Position numbers and translations under genes: made by a program
Virus record (IMG/VR): IMGVR_UViG_3300011113_000238
Location: 20,111-84,110 of that record
Strand: one strand, 5' to 3'
Length of the DNA stretch: 64,000 bases
Source of the DNA: a virus
In this document: in pieces, positions 1 through 8,912 of the stretch
How the letters are laid out: each line of letters starts with the position of its first letter
Position numbering within the stretch: position 1 is the first letter of the stretch
The notes under the pieces: generated by a model
What the model saw: the letters and a program-made list of their open reading frames with translations, nothing else
The model's database searches: none
What the model was told of the DNA's origin: nothing

Positions 1-2
1 GA

Positions 3-299
3 GATGATATTGAAGTTGGATTCCATAGAGGTGCGTTCGGATATAGCGAAAGTGGTAACTTTCAGTTTGTACCTATCGTAGTGGACGAACTAACTGCTGC
101 GGAAGACCTGCAAATGGACGTAGAAGCGTACTATGCAATCGGTGATAAGTTCTTCATCGGTGCAGAAGGTCCGGGTTATTCAGCACTGGAAGCTGGTAGT
201 TCTACGCAAGCACCTGATGGTATTAGCGGCCCTGCTATGCAAGTCATATCGGACATATATCGCATGGACATGAAAACATACTACGACGCAAGTAGATAA
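3..299 (+). CDS. neck/tail-completion protein (HK97 gp10-like), 5'-truncated by the window
   Basis: Frame is open from the window edge; LEAGSSTQAPDG resembles the LExGxSxQAPxG motif; lies just before the tail terminator. Confidence 0.7.
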   Translation, partial: DDIEVGFHRGAFGYSESGNFQFVPIVVDELTAAEDLQMDVEAYYAIGDKFFIGAEGPGYSALEAGSSTQAPDGISGPAMQVISDIYRMDMKTYYDASR

Positions 300-310
300 T
301 AAAGGAAAGT

Positions 311-715
311 ATGTCAATCGTTCTAATTAAGAAAGCACTGCAGAAACATCTGGATACTATGCCTTCGTTGGCTACTGCCTATTCGTCGGCTAGCTTTACT
401 CCCGTTCAAGGTATTCCCTATCAGAGAGTGCAGCTTATCCCAAGACAACCTGAGAATCCCACGTTCGGTGATTCTTATTACAGAGAAGTTGGATCATTCC
501 AAATCTTCCTAGCTTATCCTAGTAATAAAGGTGAATCGCAAGTGCTCGAAAGAGCAGAGTTAGTTCAAAAGCATTTCGCTAGAGGAACTACATTAACAGA
601 AGGTGCAATCGAGGTTAATATCCTCAGAACACCTCAGATTGCAGGCAGTACTATCGCAGGTGATAGAGTCATAGTGCCGGTGATTATTCAGTATTCTGCT
701 GGAGTTATGGTATAA
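311..715 (+). CDS. tail terminator protein
   Basis: 134 aa with GSFQIFLAYPSNKG and HFARGTTL motifs; typical position before the tail tube gene. Confidence 0.75.
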   Translation: MSIVLIKKALQKHLDTMPSLATAYSSASFTPVQGIPYQRVQLIPRQPENPTFGDSYYREVGSFQIFLAYPSNKGESQVLERAELVQKHFARGTTLTEGAIEVNILRTPQIAGSTIAGDRVIVPVIIQYSAGVMV

Positions 716-719
716 TTAC

Positions 720-800
720 AGAATAGGATAGGGGGCACCCGACAAGACACTTCCTAGAGTGTCTTCCTAGTTCTTTCATCTAGGCATTATTTACTAGGAA
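720..800 (+). promoter_or_regulatory. structured 5' leader able to sequester the endonuclease RBS
   Basis: Hairpin AAGACAC/GTGTCTT (744-765) with loop TTCCTAG complementary to CTAGGAA (794-800) just upstream of ATG 805. Confidence 0.55.
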
Positions 801-804
801 TAAT

Positions 805-1611
805 ATGAACACAATGATTAAATTTAACACCAGATTTGAAGCTGGTAAGTACTTGAGAAATCATTCTCTTAAGCACCACATTTACATGTTAATGGACGGT
901 GACACACCAATATACGTAGGTGTATCTAATAACTGGAAGCGTGTATACGAGCATTTCAATATTCACGCAAAGCGTGTAAATGTTTTACTTCGTCGTAAAA
1001 TGCGTAAGATGTTGCGAGAGGGTAGAGAAGTTACCATCTGTATAGTTGGGCACTTCCACTCCAGAATAGAATTAGAGCACGGTGAGCGAAGCCTCATTAT
1101 GTTATACGGAAAGAAAATTGATAGACTTGGTGTACTCTGTAATTTATCAGACGGTGGTGAAGGTACGCGATTACCTAGAACACAGAAACAAAAAGACGCT
1201 GTAAGTGCTGCTAACAAAGGTAGGGTCAAATCTGCCGAAACTCGAAAACGTATATCAGAAGCTCAGAAGTTAAGTTATGAACAAGGGAGAAAACCTTCGT
1301 TCTTGGGTAAGAAGCACACTGAAGAATCTAAGCGTTTGTTGTCTGAATCCCAAAAAGGCGAAAAGAGTAAATATTTCAACGTCACTGGTGAGGCTCATTT
1401 CAACTACGGTAAGCGCAGAACCGACGAGCAGAAAAGAAATATAGCGGCTGGGCAAGACCCAGAGAAACTGCAGTGGGATGCAGAACGTAAAGAGCAATTG
1501 AGAGAGTACTGGGATTCGCAGCCAGTTTTAACTTGTCCTCACTGCGGTAAACAGTCTTCTTTCAAAGCGGCAATGGTTCGACACCACTTTGATAGTTGTA
1601 AATCAAAATAA
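805..1611 (+). CDS. free-standing GIY-YIG homing endonuclease with NUMOD3 repeats and C-terminal Zn finger
   Basis: HIY...IYVGVS...R...E...LCNLSDGGEG core; GRVKSAETRKRISEA and GKKHTEESKRLLSES repeats; CPHC...HFDSC. Confidence 0.85.
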   Translation: MNTMIKFNTRFEAGKYLRNHSLKHHIYMLMDGDTPIYVGVSNNWKRVYEHFNIHAKRVNVLLRRKMRKMLREGREVTICIVGHFHSRIELEHGERSLIMLYGKKIDRLGVLCNLSDGGEGTRLPRTQKQKDAVSAANKGRVKSAETRKRISEAQKLSYEQGRKPSFLGKKHTEESKRLLSESQKGEKSKYFNVTGEAHFNYGKRRTDEQKRNIAAGQDPEKLQWDAERKEQLREYWDSQPVLTCPHCGKQSSFKAAMVRHHFDSCKSK

Positions 1612-1639
1612 TTTTACAAATTGAATAGGAATAAATAAA

Positions 1640-2854
1640 ATGGCAATTTCAAAAAATATCAGCAAGGTAGTAGCTATCAAAAAAGAAGGTGCCTACGGTG
1701 TCCTTGCTGGTGCTACAGGCGCTCGATTGCTTCGTCGCGTAACTTCTAATTTTAACTTGGTCAAGTCCACGTATTCCAGCGATGAAGTGCGCCAAGACTA
1801 TCAAATGGCTGATTTCCGGCACGGTGTACGTAGCGCCGAAGGTTCGTTGAATGGTGAGTTTTCTCCCGGTTCTTACTCCGATCTGTTTGCTGCAGCTCTC
1901 GCTAAAGCATTCGTAGCTGGTGTAGCTATCACTGGTGCTGCAATTACTATTGCTGCCTCTGGTCTGCAGTATACACTGACTCGTGGTGCAGGTTCTTACC
2001 TGACTGACGGTTTCAAGGTTGGTGATGTTACTCGCATTACTGTCGCTACCGGTCTGAACGCTGACTGCTTGAATAAGAACTTGCTGATTACTGCACTGAC
2101 TGCTACTGTAGCTACTGTGTCTGTTCTGAACGGTTCTACCATGACTCCTGCTGCCGGTACTGCTGTATCGTTTAGTGTTGCTGGTAAGAAAACATTCGTT
2201 CCTCAAACTGGTCATACATCTGATTCCTTCACTGTTGAAGAGTTCTATGCTGACATTGCTCAGTCCGAAGTGTTCACAGGTTGCAAGGTTAACAGCATTG
2301 GTGTGAGTATCCCTGCTACTGGTATGGCGACCCTAGACTTCGGTTTTATGGGCAAAGACCTCACCCAGACAGGTACTAGTCAGTACTTCACATCTCCTAC
2401 CGCTCAAGGTACTTCTGGTGTGTTTGCTGGTGTGAATGGTGTGGTTGTGTTTAACGGTTTGCCCGTTGCAGTGATCACTGACGCTTCCATCAATATCGAC
2501 CGTGGTATCGCAAATACTACCGTGTTGGGTTCTAACAGCATCGCTGAGAGTATCGACGGTAAAGCAATGGTTGATGGTTCTGTGAGTTTGTACTTCACTG
2601 ATGCGTCCGTCAAGAATGCATTCAAGGATGAGACCGAAGTGTCTCTCGTGTTTGCAATGAGCACCACTAATGCTGCAAACGCTGAGTTCGTGAGCATCAG
2701 CATTCCTCGTGCTAAGTTGAACAGTGCTGATAAGTCCGAATCTGATGCAGGTATCACCATGTCCTGCGATTTCCAAGCTCTGCTGGCAATTAATGGCGGT
2801 ACTGGTACTGCTTCTGAGTTCACTACCATCGTGATTCAAGACTCCTTGGCTTAA
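1640..2854 (+). CDS. major tail tube protein
   Basis: 404 aa, Ala/Thr/Gly-rich, SDEVRQDYQMADFRHG motif, biased codon usage, followed by a terminator and chaperone genes. Confidence 0.85.
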   Translation: MAISKNISKVVAIKKEGAYGVLAGATGARLLRRVTSNFNLVKSTYSSDEVRQDYQMADFRHGVRSAEGSLNGEFSPGSYSDLFAAALAKAFVAGVAITGAAITIAASGLQYTLTRGAGSYLTDGFKVGDVTRITVATGLNADCLNKNLLITALTATVATVSVLNGSTMTPAAGTAVSFSVAGKKTFVPQTGHTSDSFTVEEFYADIAQSEVFTGCKVNSIGVSIPATGMATLDFGFMGKDLTQTGTSQYFTSPTAQGTSGVFAGVNGVVVFNGLPVAVITDASINIDRGIANTTVLGSNSIAESIDGKAMVDGSVSLYFTDASVKNAFKDETEVSLVFAMSTTNAANAEFVSISIPRAKLNSADKSESDAGITMSCDFQALLAINGGTGTASEFTTIVIQDSLA

Positions 2855-2870
2855 TCTAACTTAAGTTGAC

Positions 2871-2905
2871 CCCCGTAGCCGAAAGGTTGCGGGGTTTTCT
2901 TGTTT
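2871..2905 (+). terminator. intrinsic terminator
   Basis: CCCCGTAGCC-GAAA-GGTTGCGGGG followed by a T-rich tract. Confidence 0.85.
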
Positions 2906-2947
2906 GCGCTATCTTATCTTGACAAAGCGGAAATCCTTCGGCTTTCC

Positions 2948-2976
2948 TTGACAACAAAGATTATACATGATAAAAT
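2948..2976 (+). promoter_or_regulatory. sigma70-type promoter
   Basis: TTGACA-17 nt-TAAAAT with extended TG. Confidence 0.7.
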
Positions 2977-3035
2977 GAGTATCTACTTTGATGAATTCAA
3001 GGAGCTAGCATTACTAACAACCCGAAAGGAACCTC

Positions 3036-3446
3036 ATGTCATTTGATATTGTAAAACAAGATTTCTCCAAGTCCGCTGAAGCTGGACATACCTTTGAACT
3101 GGTGCTGCCCACTGGTGAACCCTCCGGTGCAAAGCTGACTATCCTCGGTGATCTGTCCCCTACTGTTAAAGCATACAGCCGCCGCAAGTTCACCGAGTTT
3201 CAACAGAAGCAACTCATGGCTCGTCGCAAAGGTAAAGACGTGGATGATATGTCCCTGCAAGAAGCTGAAGAACTGGCAGTTGAATCCGCATTGATTCGTT
3301 TGGTCGGTTGGGAAGGTATTACCGAAGAAGGTAAACCCGTTGCATTTACCAAGGAGAAAGCTGAAGCTGTACTGACTGCTCACGCATGGATTCGTGAAGC
3401 TATCGTGCAGGAGGCGAGTGACGTAACTAACTTTCGACCCAAATGA
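3036..3446 (+). CDS. tail assembly chaperone (gpG-like)
   Basis: Between tail tube and tape measure; LVGWEGI...WIREAI motif. Confidence 0.85.
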   Translation: MSFDIVKQDFSKSAEAGHTFELVLPTGEPSGAKLTILGDLSPTVKAYSRRKFTEFQQKQLMARRKGKDVDDMSLQEAEELAVESALIRLVGWEGITEEGKPVAFTKEKAEAVLTAHAWIREAIVQEASDVTNFRPK

Positions 3447-3807
3447 TTTAGAGGAAGCTCTTGCTTATTTAAAGCAGGAGTTTAGATTAGGATCAGGTGC
3501 AAGTTCAAATAAAGCTAAACTAGAAAGTGTCTGGAGACAAACTGGTCACAGACCAAAAGAACTAGATGAACTAGTTGAAATGCCGGAATCGCTCAGTCAT
3601 ATCTGGGCTGATTTCAGAGCACTGAACTCAAGTCGAACTAGCACTGGTTATTCAGCGGAACCTTTGAGCTACACTGAGATACTAAGCTACTGCATCACAA
3701 ACCAAGTTGAATTACAACCGTGGGAAATTGAAATCATTAAGTACTTCGACGCTACATTAATGAATCTTCATGCAGAAGAAGCTGCTAAAGCTAACAAGAA
3801 GAAATAA
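3427..3807 (+). CDS. tail assembly chaperone extension (gpT-like), probably made by +1 frameshift
   Basis: The +1 frame is open from 3427 and overlaps the upstream gene end; IWADF...PLSYTEI...LQPWEIEII motif; no good RBS at ATG 3580. Confidence 0.75.
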   Translation, partial: LTFDPNDLEEALAYLKQEFRLGSGASSNKAKLESVWRQTGHRPKELDELVEMPESLSHIWADFRALNSSRTSTGYSAEPLSYTEILSYCITNQVELQPWEIEIIKYFDATLMNLHAEEAAKANKKK

Positions 3808-3822
3808 CAACGATAAAAATTG

Positions 3823-3846
3823 GCCCTCGAAAGAGGGCTTCTTTTT
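3823..3846 (+). terminator. intrinsic terminator
   Basis: GCCCTC-GAAA-GAGGGC + TTCTTTTT. Confidence 0.7.
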
Positions 3847-3911
3847 AAGTGCGCATTGAATTAACTACGCGTATTTAAAAAGAATGGCTAGACACAACCA
3901 AAGAGGTTAAT

Positions 3912-6900
3912 ATGGAATTATCAGAACTAAAGTTTGCGGTTAATACCGCAGAACTAAAAGAAGCAGTTGACCTTCTAGGTAAGGTTCAACAACGTACATC
4001 TGAATTGGGTAAGGCACAAGTTACTCAAGAGAAAGCTGCCAAGAAAGCTGCTAAGAGTCAGACCGAAGTGGGTGATGCAGCGGAAGATACCGAAAAGAAA
4101 ATCTCCCCATTGGAGAAATTGCTTCAGAAACTTAATAACCAATATGGTGATCTGGTTAAAGGATTTACCAAAGGTGAAGCTGCAATCCTACAACAAGCTC
4201 GTAGTTATGGTGCAGCTGAGGATGCATTGCAACCCTTCATCGCTGAACTGGAAAAGATTAAGGAACTCACTAAAGACCCTTTCGATGCATCTGTAGGTGC
4301 AATCAGAAGCGTGAGTGCTGAATTCGACAGGCTCAATCAACGTGCAGAATTAGCTCAAAGAGGAATCTCACTGAGTACTAAGCAGTTGTCCGAGTATAGT
4401 AGAATCAGTGCAGAAGTAAAAGGTAAAGTGCTTGAATTGGGCATGGACCCAAAGAGCGCAGCAGGCGTCGAGAAGTTTAATCAGTTACTCGCTGAGAACC
4501 GCAATGAATATCTGAAGGTTGCTGCTGCAGCTAATGCATTGGAGCAAGCCGAATCACTGCGCAATAAGACCCTGAGAGACAATGAGCGTTTGCTTGCCGC
4601 TAACCTACAGGCTCAAGCTACAATGATGAACGACGCTGTGAAGTTATACCAAAATTCAGAAGCAGATAAAGCGAAAGCTCTTGCTAACAGAATGCGCATG
4701 GAAGCTACCGCTGGTGACAATGCTGTGCAGTTGTTCTATAAGAACGAACAGCAAAAGCAGAAAGCTCTTGAAGCACGGATGAAAGCTGAAGCTACCATGA
4801 TGGATAGTGCAGTAGTTAAATACTACACTATGCAAAGCAAGACTAATGGTAAAGCTGACGTGCAATCAGTCCGTGAACGCGAACAGGCCATTAAACGGTT
4901 GGCGGTTGAAGAGTCCAGAATGACTTCTGTATTGAATACTCTTAATCAAGTGCAAGATAAGAATGTAGAAGTATCTGAGAAAGCTGCTAGAAGTGTCGCT
5001 AACTACGAGCGCAACTTAGCTAAAGCTGGTATTACTGGTGAAGCGGCTGCTGCTAAACTCGATACGTACCGCAAGCAACAAAGTGCTATTCAAAAGATTG
5101 AAGAAGACCGTCAAGGTAAATTCCTGACTCGTGCTTTGCAACCTCAGATTGGTGACGTTGCTGTTTCGCTTGCTGCTGGTCAGAACCCCCTCACTGTGCT
5201 GTTGCAACAGGGTGATCAGATCAGAGGTTTGATTGCTCAAACTGGTGTGCAAGGTGAAGCTCTCCGTGCTGTAATGCGCAATGCATTTACTGATACAATC
5301 AAGAGTGTTAAAGATACTGCCGTGGCAATGAGTTCTGTGCTAGGTGGTGCGCTTATGACTTTGGGTAATAACGTACTCGGTTTAGTTACTGGTCCATTCA
5401 CGGCTTTCAAAGCCAGTATGGACGCAGGTGCTACAGCAAGTGGTTCTTTTAAAGATGCTATCGCAGCATTGAACGTGGCTTTTATTAAGTTAGTGGGTAA
5501 CCCAGTAGTTGCTGCACTTGTAGCAATTGCCGTTGGATTGACAACACTTGGTATTGCTGCGTTTCAAGTGTCCAAACAGGAAGATGCACTATCTAAGTCA
5601 CTTGCACTGACAGGTGGTTCAATGGGCCTGAATAAGGAATCCGCTATTGCTTACGCAAATTCTCTTAATGATATTGGGATCAGTACAAGTAAAGCCATTG
5701 ATGTAATACAAGCTATGGCTAAAGAGGGCGGTTTTCTTTCCAAGGAAATTTCTCTGGTTGCAACCACTGCTGTTAAGATGCAGAAGGATGCTGGTGTAGC
5801 CATTGAAGAGACTGTTAAGCATTTCGCTAAGTTGAAAGATAAACCTGTTGATGCATTGATTGAACTAGCCAAAGCGTCCGGTCTAATTTCGACTACTTCT
5901 ATTGAAGCTGTTATTGCTCTTGAGAAGCAAGGTGATAAAGCTGCGGCAGTTGCTCTAGCAATGAAAATTAGTGCGGATACGCAGATTGCTCAATCAAATA
6001 GAATCAAAACCGAACTTAGTTCGCTAGGTGAAGTGATGAATTGGTTCAGTAAGTCGTGGACTGGTATGTGGGACGCCATCAAGGGGACTCAGTACAGTAC
6101 ACCAATTAAAGAGCAGTTACAAGGTGATTTGATTAAGACGCAACAGGAGATAACCCGAGTTCAGGATAATTTGAAGTTACTCGAAAAGTTCGGAATAAAG
6201 GGTGATCCTAAATTATTGAATCAGCTAAATGCAACTGCTGACGCATTTAGTAAACAACTTCAGGATATAGACGCTAAATCTGCAGCGGAGAAGAAACTCA
6301 CTGAAGAGCAGTCTAAAGGAGCAGAGGTTCTCAAAGACAAGATGCGCTTTGAGAAGGAGTACAAAGAAAAGCAAGAGGCTTTGGATAAGGCTACGTACAC
6401 TCGTCAACAAGCGATTAACGCAGCAATTGAACAAGAAGCTAAACTGCGTAAAGCAGCAGGTGGTGCGCTGAGTGCATCTGAGGTTGCTACTATTTCTACA
6501 ACAGCAGGTCGGGAGTGGGATAAATCCAAGGCTTCTGAGAATAAGAAGGCTGAAAATAAAGCGCAGCGCGAATTGAACGAGTCTATTGAAAGATACAATG
6601 ATATTCTGAATAAGAGTTCAGGTTACAATAAAGAGTTCAATGATGCAATTTTGAGCTTGATGATTGCTCGTGATGCTGGTAAAAAAAGTCAAGAGCAGTA
6701 TAACGAAGCTGTTAATCACTTGGTGAAACAACAACCTTTCTATATTCAGCAAGAAAAAGAAGCAGCCGAAGTCGCTAAGAAACGAGCAGATAATCAGGAA
6801 TGGTTGAACTCAGTAATGGGTCGTAGCGAAGGTCTAACTAAGGATTACACTCAAGGCACTGAGCGACTGATGCAGATGCTTGGTTCTGGTGATATTGATG

Positions 6901-7994
6901 CTGTTCAATTCAGAGAAGCACTTGATGCTTTAAACAAATTGACTCCAGCGTACAAAGCCTATGAATCTGTGTTAGCTAACTACGGTAAAACTGTTGCTGA
7001 TTTGGAAGCACAACGCAAAGCTACTGCTGACGAATACAACATTGACTTTAAGACTGACGAAGAGAAGGCTGCGTTGCAATCTCTAAGCAAGTTCAAAAAG
7101 TCCCTTGCTGATTCTGATGCGGATTATGAAAAGGCTATAGCTGACGCTAAAAAGTTTGAAGGTTCACGAGAGTATCAAGGTATGATTGATGCTGCACAGG
7201 ATGTGGCAGATCGTCGTAAGATGATTGCTAAGGATGTGTACGACAGAGAGAAATACTTGCAGACTCAGACTTATCAAATGTACGCAGCTGGTTTCGATGC
7301 ACTGAAGAACTTATCCAAGAGTTTCGGTGAAGCTGTCGGTGATCAGTTTGTTAACTTTGCTAAGACAGGCAAGTCTTCCTTTGAAGATTTGACTAGCAGT
7401 TTTGGTAACATGGTCAAGAGTATGATCTATGATCTCATTAAACTGCAGATTCAGAAGCAAGTATCTGGTTTGTTGGATATGGGTATTAGTGCAGCTGTCG
7501 GTTACTTCAAAGGTAGTTCGACTACTGGCTCTAGTCAATATGCTCTGACCTCCGGTGGTTCTGGTTTGGCTAGTATGGGTGGTGGAACTGGTCTGATTGC
7601 TCAAGCTAACGGTGGTGCATGGAACAATGGTGTGCAAATGTATGCCAAGGGTGGTGTCTTTGATGGCCCTACAATGTTCGGACACTCCGGTGGACTAGGT
7701 GTACTTGGTGAAGCAGGCGCAGAGGCTGTAATGCCCCTTAAACGCGACGCAAACGGTTCTCTGGGTGTAGCTGTTACAGGTGGTAGTTCTTCCGGTTCTA
7801 ACGTGGAAGTTGTCATCAACAACTACGGCTCCGAGAAAGCAACAACTACTGAAACTACAGATAGTCGCGGTAACCGTAAAATCAATGTTACAATTGGCGA
7901 GATGATTTCTGGTGAAATCGCTAGAAGCGGTAGCGCGGTTCAGAAGAGCATGCAGAGTACATACGGTCAACGACCACAACTAATTAGACGATAA
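3912..7994 (+). CDS. tail tape measure protein
   Basis: 1360 aa helical; lambda-type QIGDVAVSLAAGQNPLTVLLQQGDQI and C-terminal GVLGEAGAEAVMPLKR motifs. Confidence 0.95.
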   Translation: MELSELKFAVNTAELKEAVDLLGKVQQRTSELGKAQVTQEKAAKKAAKSQTEVGDAAEDTEKKISPLEKLLQKLNNQYGDLVKGFTKGEAAILQQARSYGAAEDALQPFIAELEKIKELTKDPFDASVGAIRSVSAEFDRLNQRAELAQRGISLSTKQLSEYSRISAEVKGKVLELGMDPKSAAGVEKFNQLLAENRNEYLKVAAAANALEQAESLRNKTLRDNERLLAANLQAQATMMNDAVKLYQNSEADKAKALANRMRMEATAGDNAVQLFYKNEQQKQKALEARMKAEATMMDSAVVKYYTMQSKTNGKADVQSVREREQAIKRLAVEESRMTSVLNTLNQVQDKNVEVSEKAARSVANYERNLAKAGITGEAAAAKLDTYRKQQSAIQKIEEDRQGKFLTRALQPQIGDVAVSLAAGQNPLTVLLQQGDQIRGLIAQTGVQGEALRAVMRNAFTDTIKSVKDTAVAMSSVLGGALMTLGNNVLGLVTGPFTAFKASMDAGATASGSFKDAIAALNVAFIKLVGNPVVAALVAIAVGLTTLGIAAFQVSKQEDALSKSLALTGGSMGLNKESAIAYANSLNDIGISTSKAIDVIQAMAKEGGFLSKEISLVATTAVKMQKDAGVAIEETVKHFAKLKDKPVDALIELAKASGLISTTSIEAVIALEKQGDKAAAVALAMKISADTQIAQSNRIKTELSSLGEVMNWFSKSWTGMWDAIKGTQYSTPIKEQLQGDLIKTQQEITRVQDNLKLLEKFGIKGDPKLLNQLNATADAFSKQLQDIDAKSAAEKKLTEEQSKGAEVLKDKMRFEKEYKEKQEALDKATYTRQQAINAAIEQEAKLRKAAGGALSASEVATISTTAGREWDKSKASENKKAENKAQRELNESIERYNDILNKSSGYNKEFNDAILSLMIARDAGKKSQEQYNEAVNHLVKQQPFYIQQEKEAAEVAKKRADNQEWLNSVMGRSEGLTKDYTQGTERLMQMLGSGDIDAVQFREALDALNKLTPAYKAYESVLANYGKTVADLEAQRKATADEYNIDFKTDEEKAALQSLSKFKKSLADSDADYEKAIADAKKFEGSREYQGMIDAAQDVADRRKMIAKDVYDREKYLQTQTYQMYAAGFDALKNLSKSFGEAVGDQFVNFAKTGKSSFEDLTSSFGNMVKSMIYDLIKLQIQKQVSGLLDMGISAAVGYFKGSSTTGSSQYALTSGGSGLASMGGGTGLIAQANGGAWNNGVQMYAKGGVFDGPTMFGHSGGLGVLGEAGAEAVMPLKRDANGSLGVAVTGGSSSGSNVEVVINNYGSEKATTTETTDSRGNRKINVTIGEMISGEIARSGSAVQKSMQSTYGQRPQLIRR

Positions 7995-8003
7995 GGAGAA
8001 AGC

Positions 8004-8369
8004 ATGGCCTACGCTTACGTATGGCCTGCAACCCTACCGCAGTTCCCTGATACTAACTACACTGAAACAGGTGGGGTAAATGTCTTGAGAACTGCGACGG
8101 ATGCAGGACCAGCTAAACAAAGAAAGCGCGGTAATAAACCGCAAGTACTTCAGCTTACATTTACAATGAGTAATACCCAAGTTCCAATCTTTGAGGATTT
8201 CGTTAAGAATACTCTTCAAGGCGTGGCTAGATTTGGGTGGACTCATCCTCGTTTGCTGACAGTAGTTGAAGCACGGATCATTCCTCAGAGTGGTGGTGAT
8301 TTGTATACCCTGAGTTACATTTCACCCGTGAGGTATTCAGTGCAACTTCAAATGGAGATTCTACCGTGA
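8004..8369 (+). CDS. distal tail / minor tail protein
   Basis: WPATLPQ...LRTATDAGPAKQRKR...FGWTHP; directly after the tape measure. Confidence 0.75.
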   Translation: MAYAYVWPATLPQFPDTNYTETGGVNVLRTATDAGPAKQRKRGNKPQVLQLTFTMSNTQVPIFEDFVKNTLQGVARFGWTHPRLLTVVEARIIPQSGGDLYTLSYISPVRYSVQLQMEILP

Positions 8370-8887
8370 GCCGCTTAGGTACAATGTCACCTGCAGCGAT
8401 TCGGGCGGTATTCTCCCCTGAATCCGATAGTGATCTGTACATGCTGTTGACGATCTATGACCCTAGTAATCCAAGTAACGTGATTGCTAGGTTGTCAGAT
8501 GGTTATACTCAGCGCATCAGCGAAACAGATGATGATGTAGTCTACGGTGTAGTTAGCCGAGGTGAGAGCTTTGTGTTCTTACCTTTGAACATCTCTCTTC
8601 CTACTGAAAGTGATGATCAAGCACCTACCTGCAGTATTACAATCAGTGATGTGACTCGTTATATAATGCCGCTGATACGGCAGTTGAACGGTCCTCCAAG
8701 TATTAAACTTGAACTGGTGCTAAGTAGTACACCGAATGTTGTAGAAGCATCATTCAGTGAGTTCTACTTGACAGGAATCACGTATAATGCTGAATCAGTC
8801 TCTGGTAACCTTAGTATGATCAACTATGATCTGGAGGGGTTCCCGACACATTCATTTACACCATTTTTATTCCCCGGATTATTCTAA
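8366..8887 (+). CDS. minor tail protein (DUF1833-like)
   Basis: Position, plus FLPLNISLP...VLSSTPNVVE...FTPFLFPGLF. Confidence 0.75.
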   Translation: MSRLGTMSPAAIRAVFSPESDSDLYMLLTIYDPSNPSNVIARLSDGYTQRISETDDDVVYGVVSRGESFVFLPLNISLPTESDDQAPTCSITISDVTRYIMPLIRQLNGPPSIKLELVLSSTPNVVEASFSEFYLTGITYNAESVSGNLSMINYDLEGFPTHSFTPFLFPGLF

Positions 8888-8912
8888 ACAATCAACGTAT
8901 GAAAGAACCGAC

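Noticed and set aside
1649-2839. Long minus-strand ORFs inside the tail tube gene, and similar ones inside other large genes
   Set aside because: Antisense shadows of biased codon usage with no RBS or motifs
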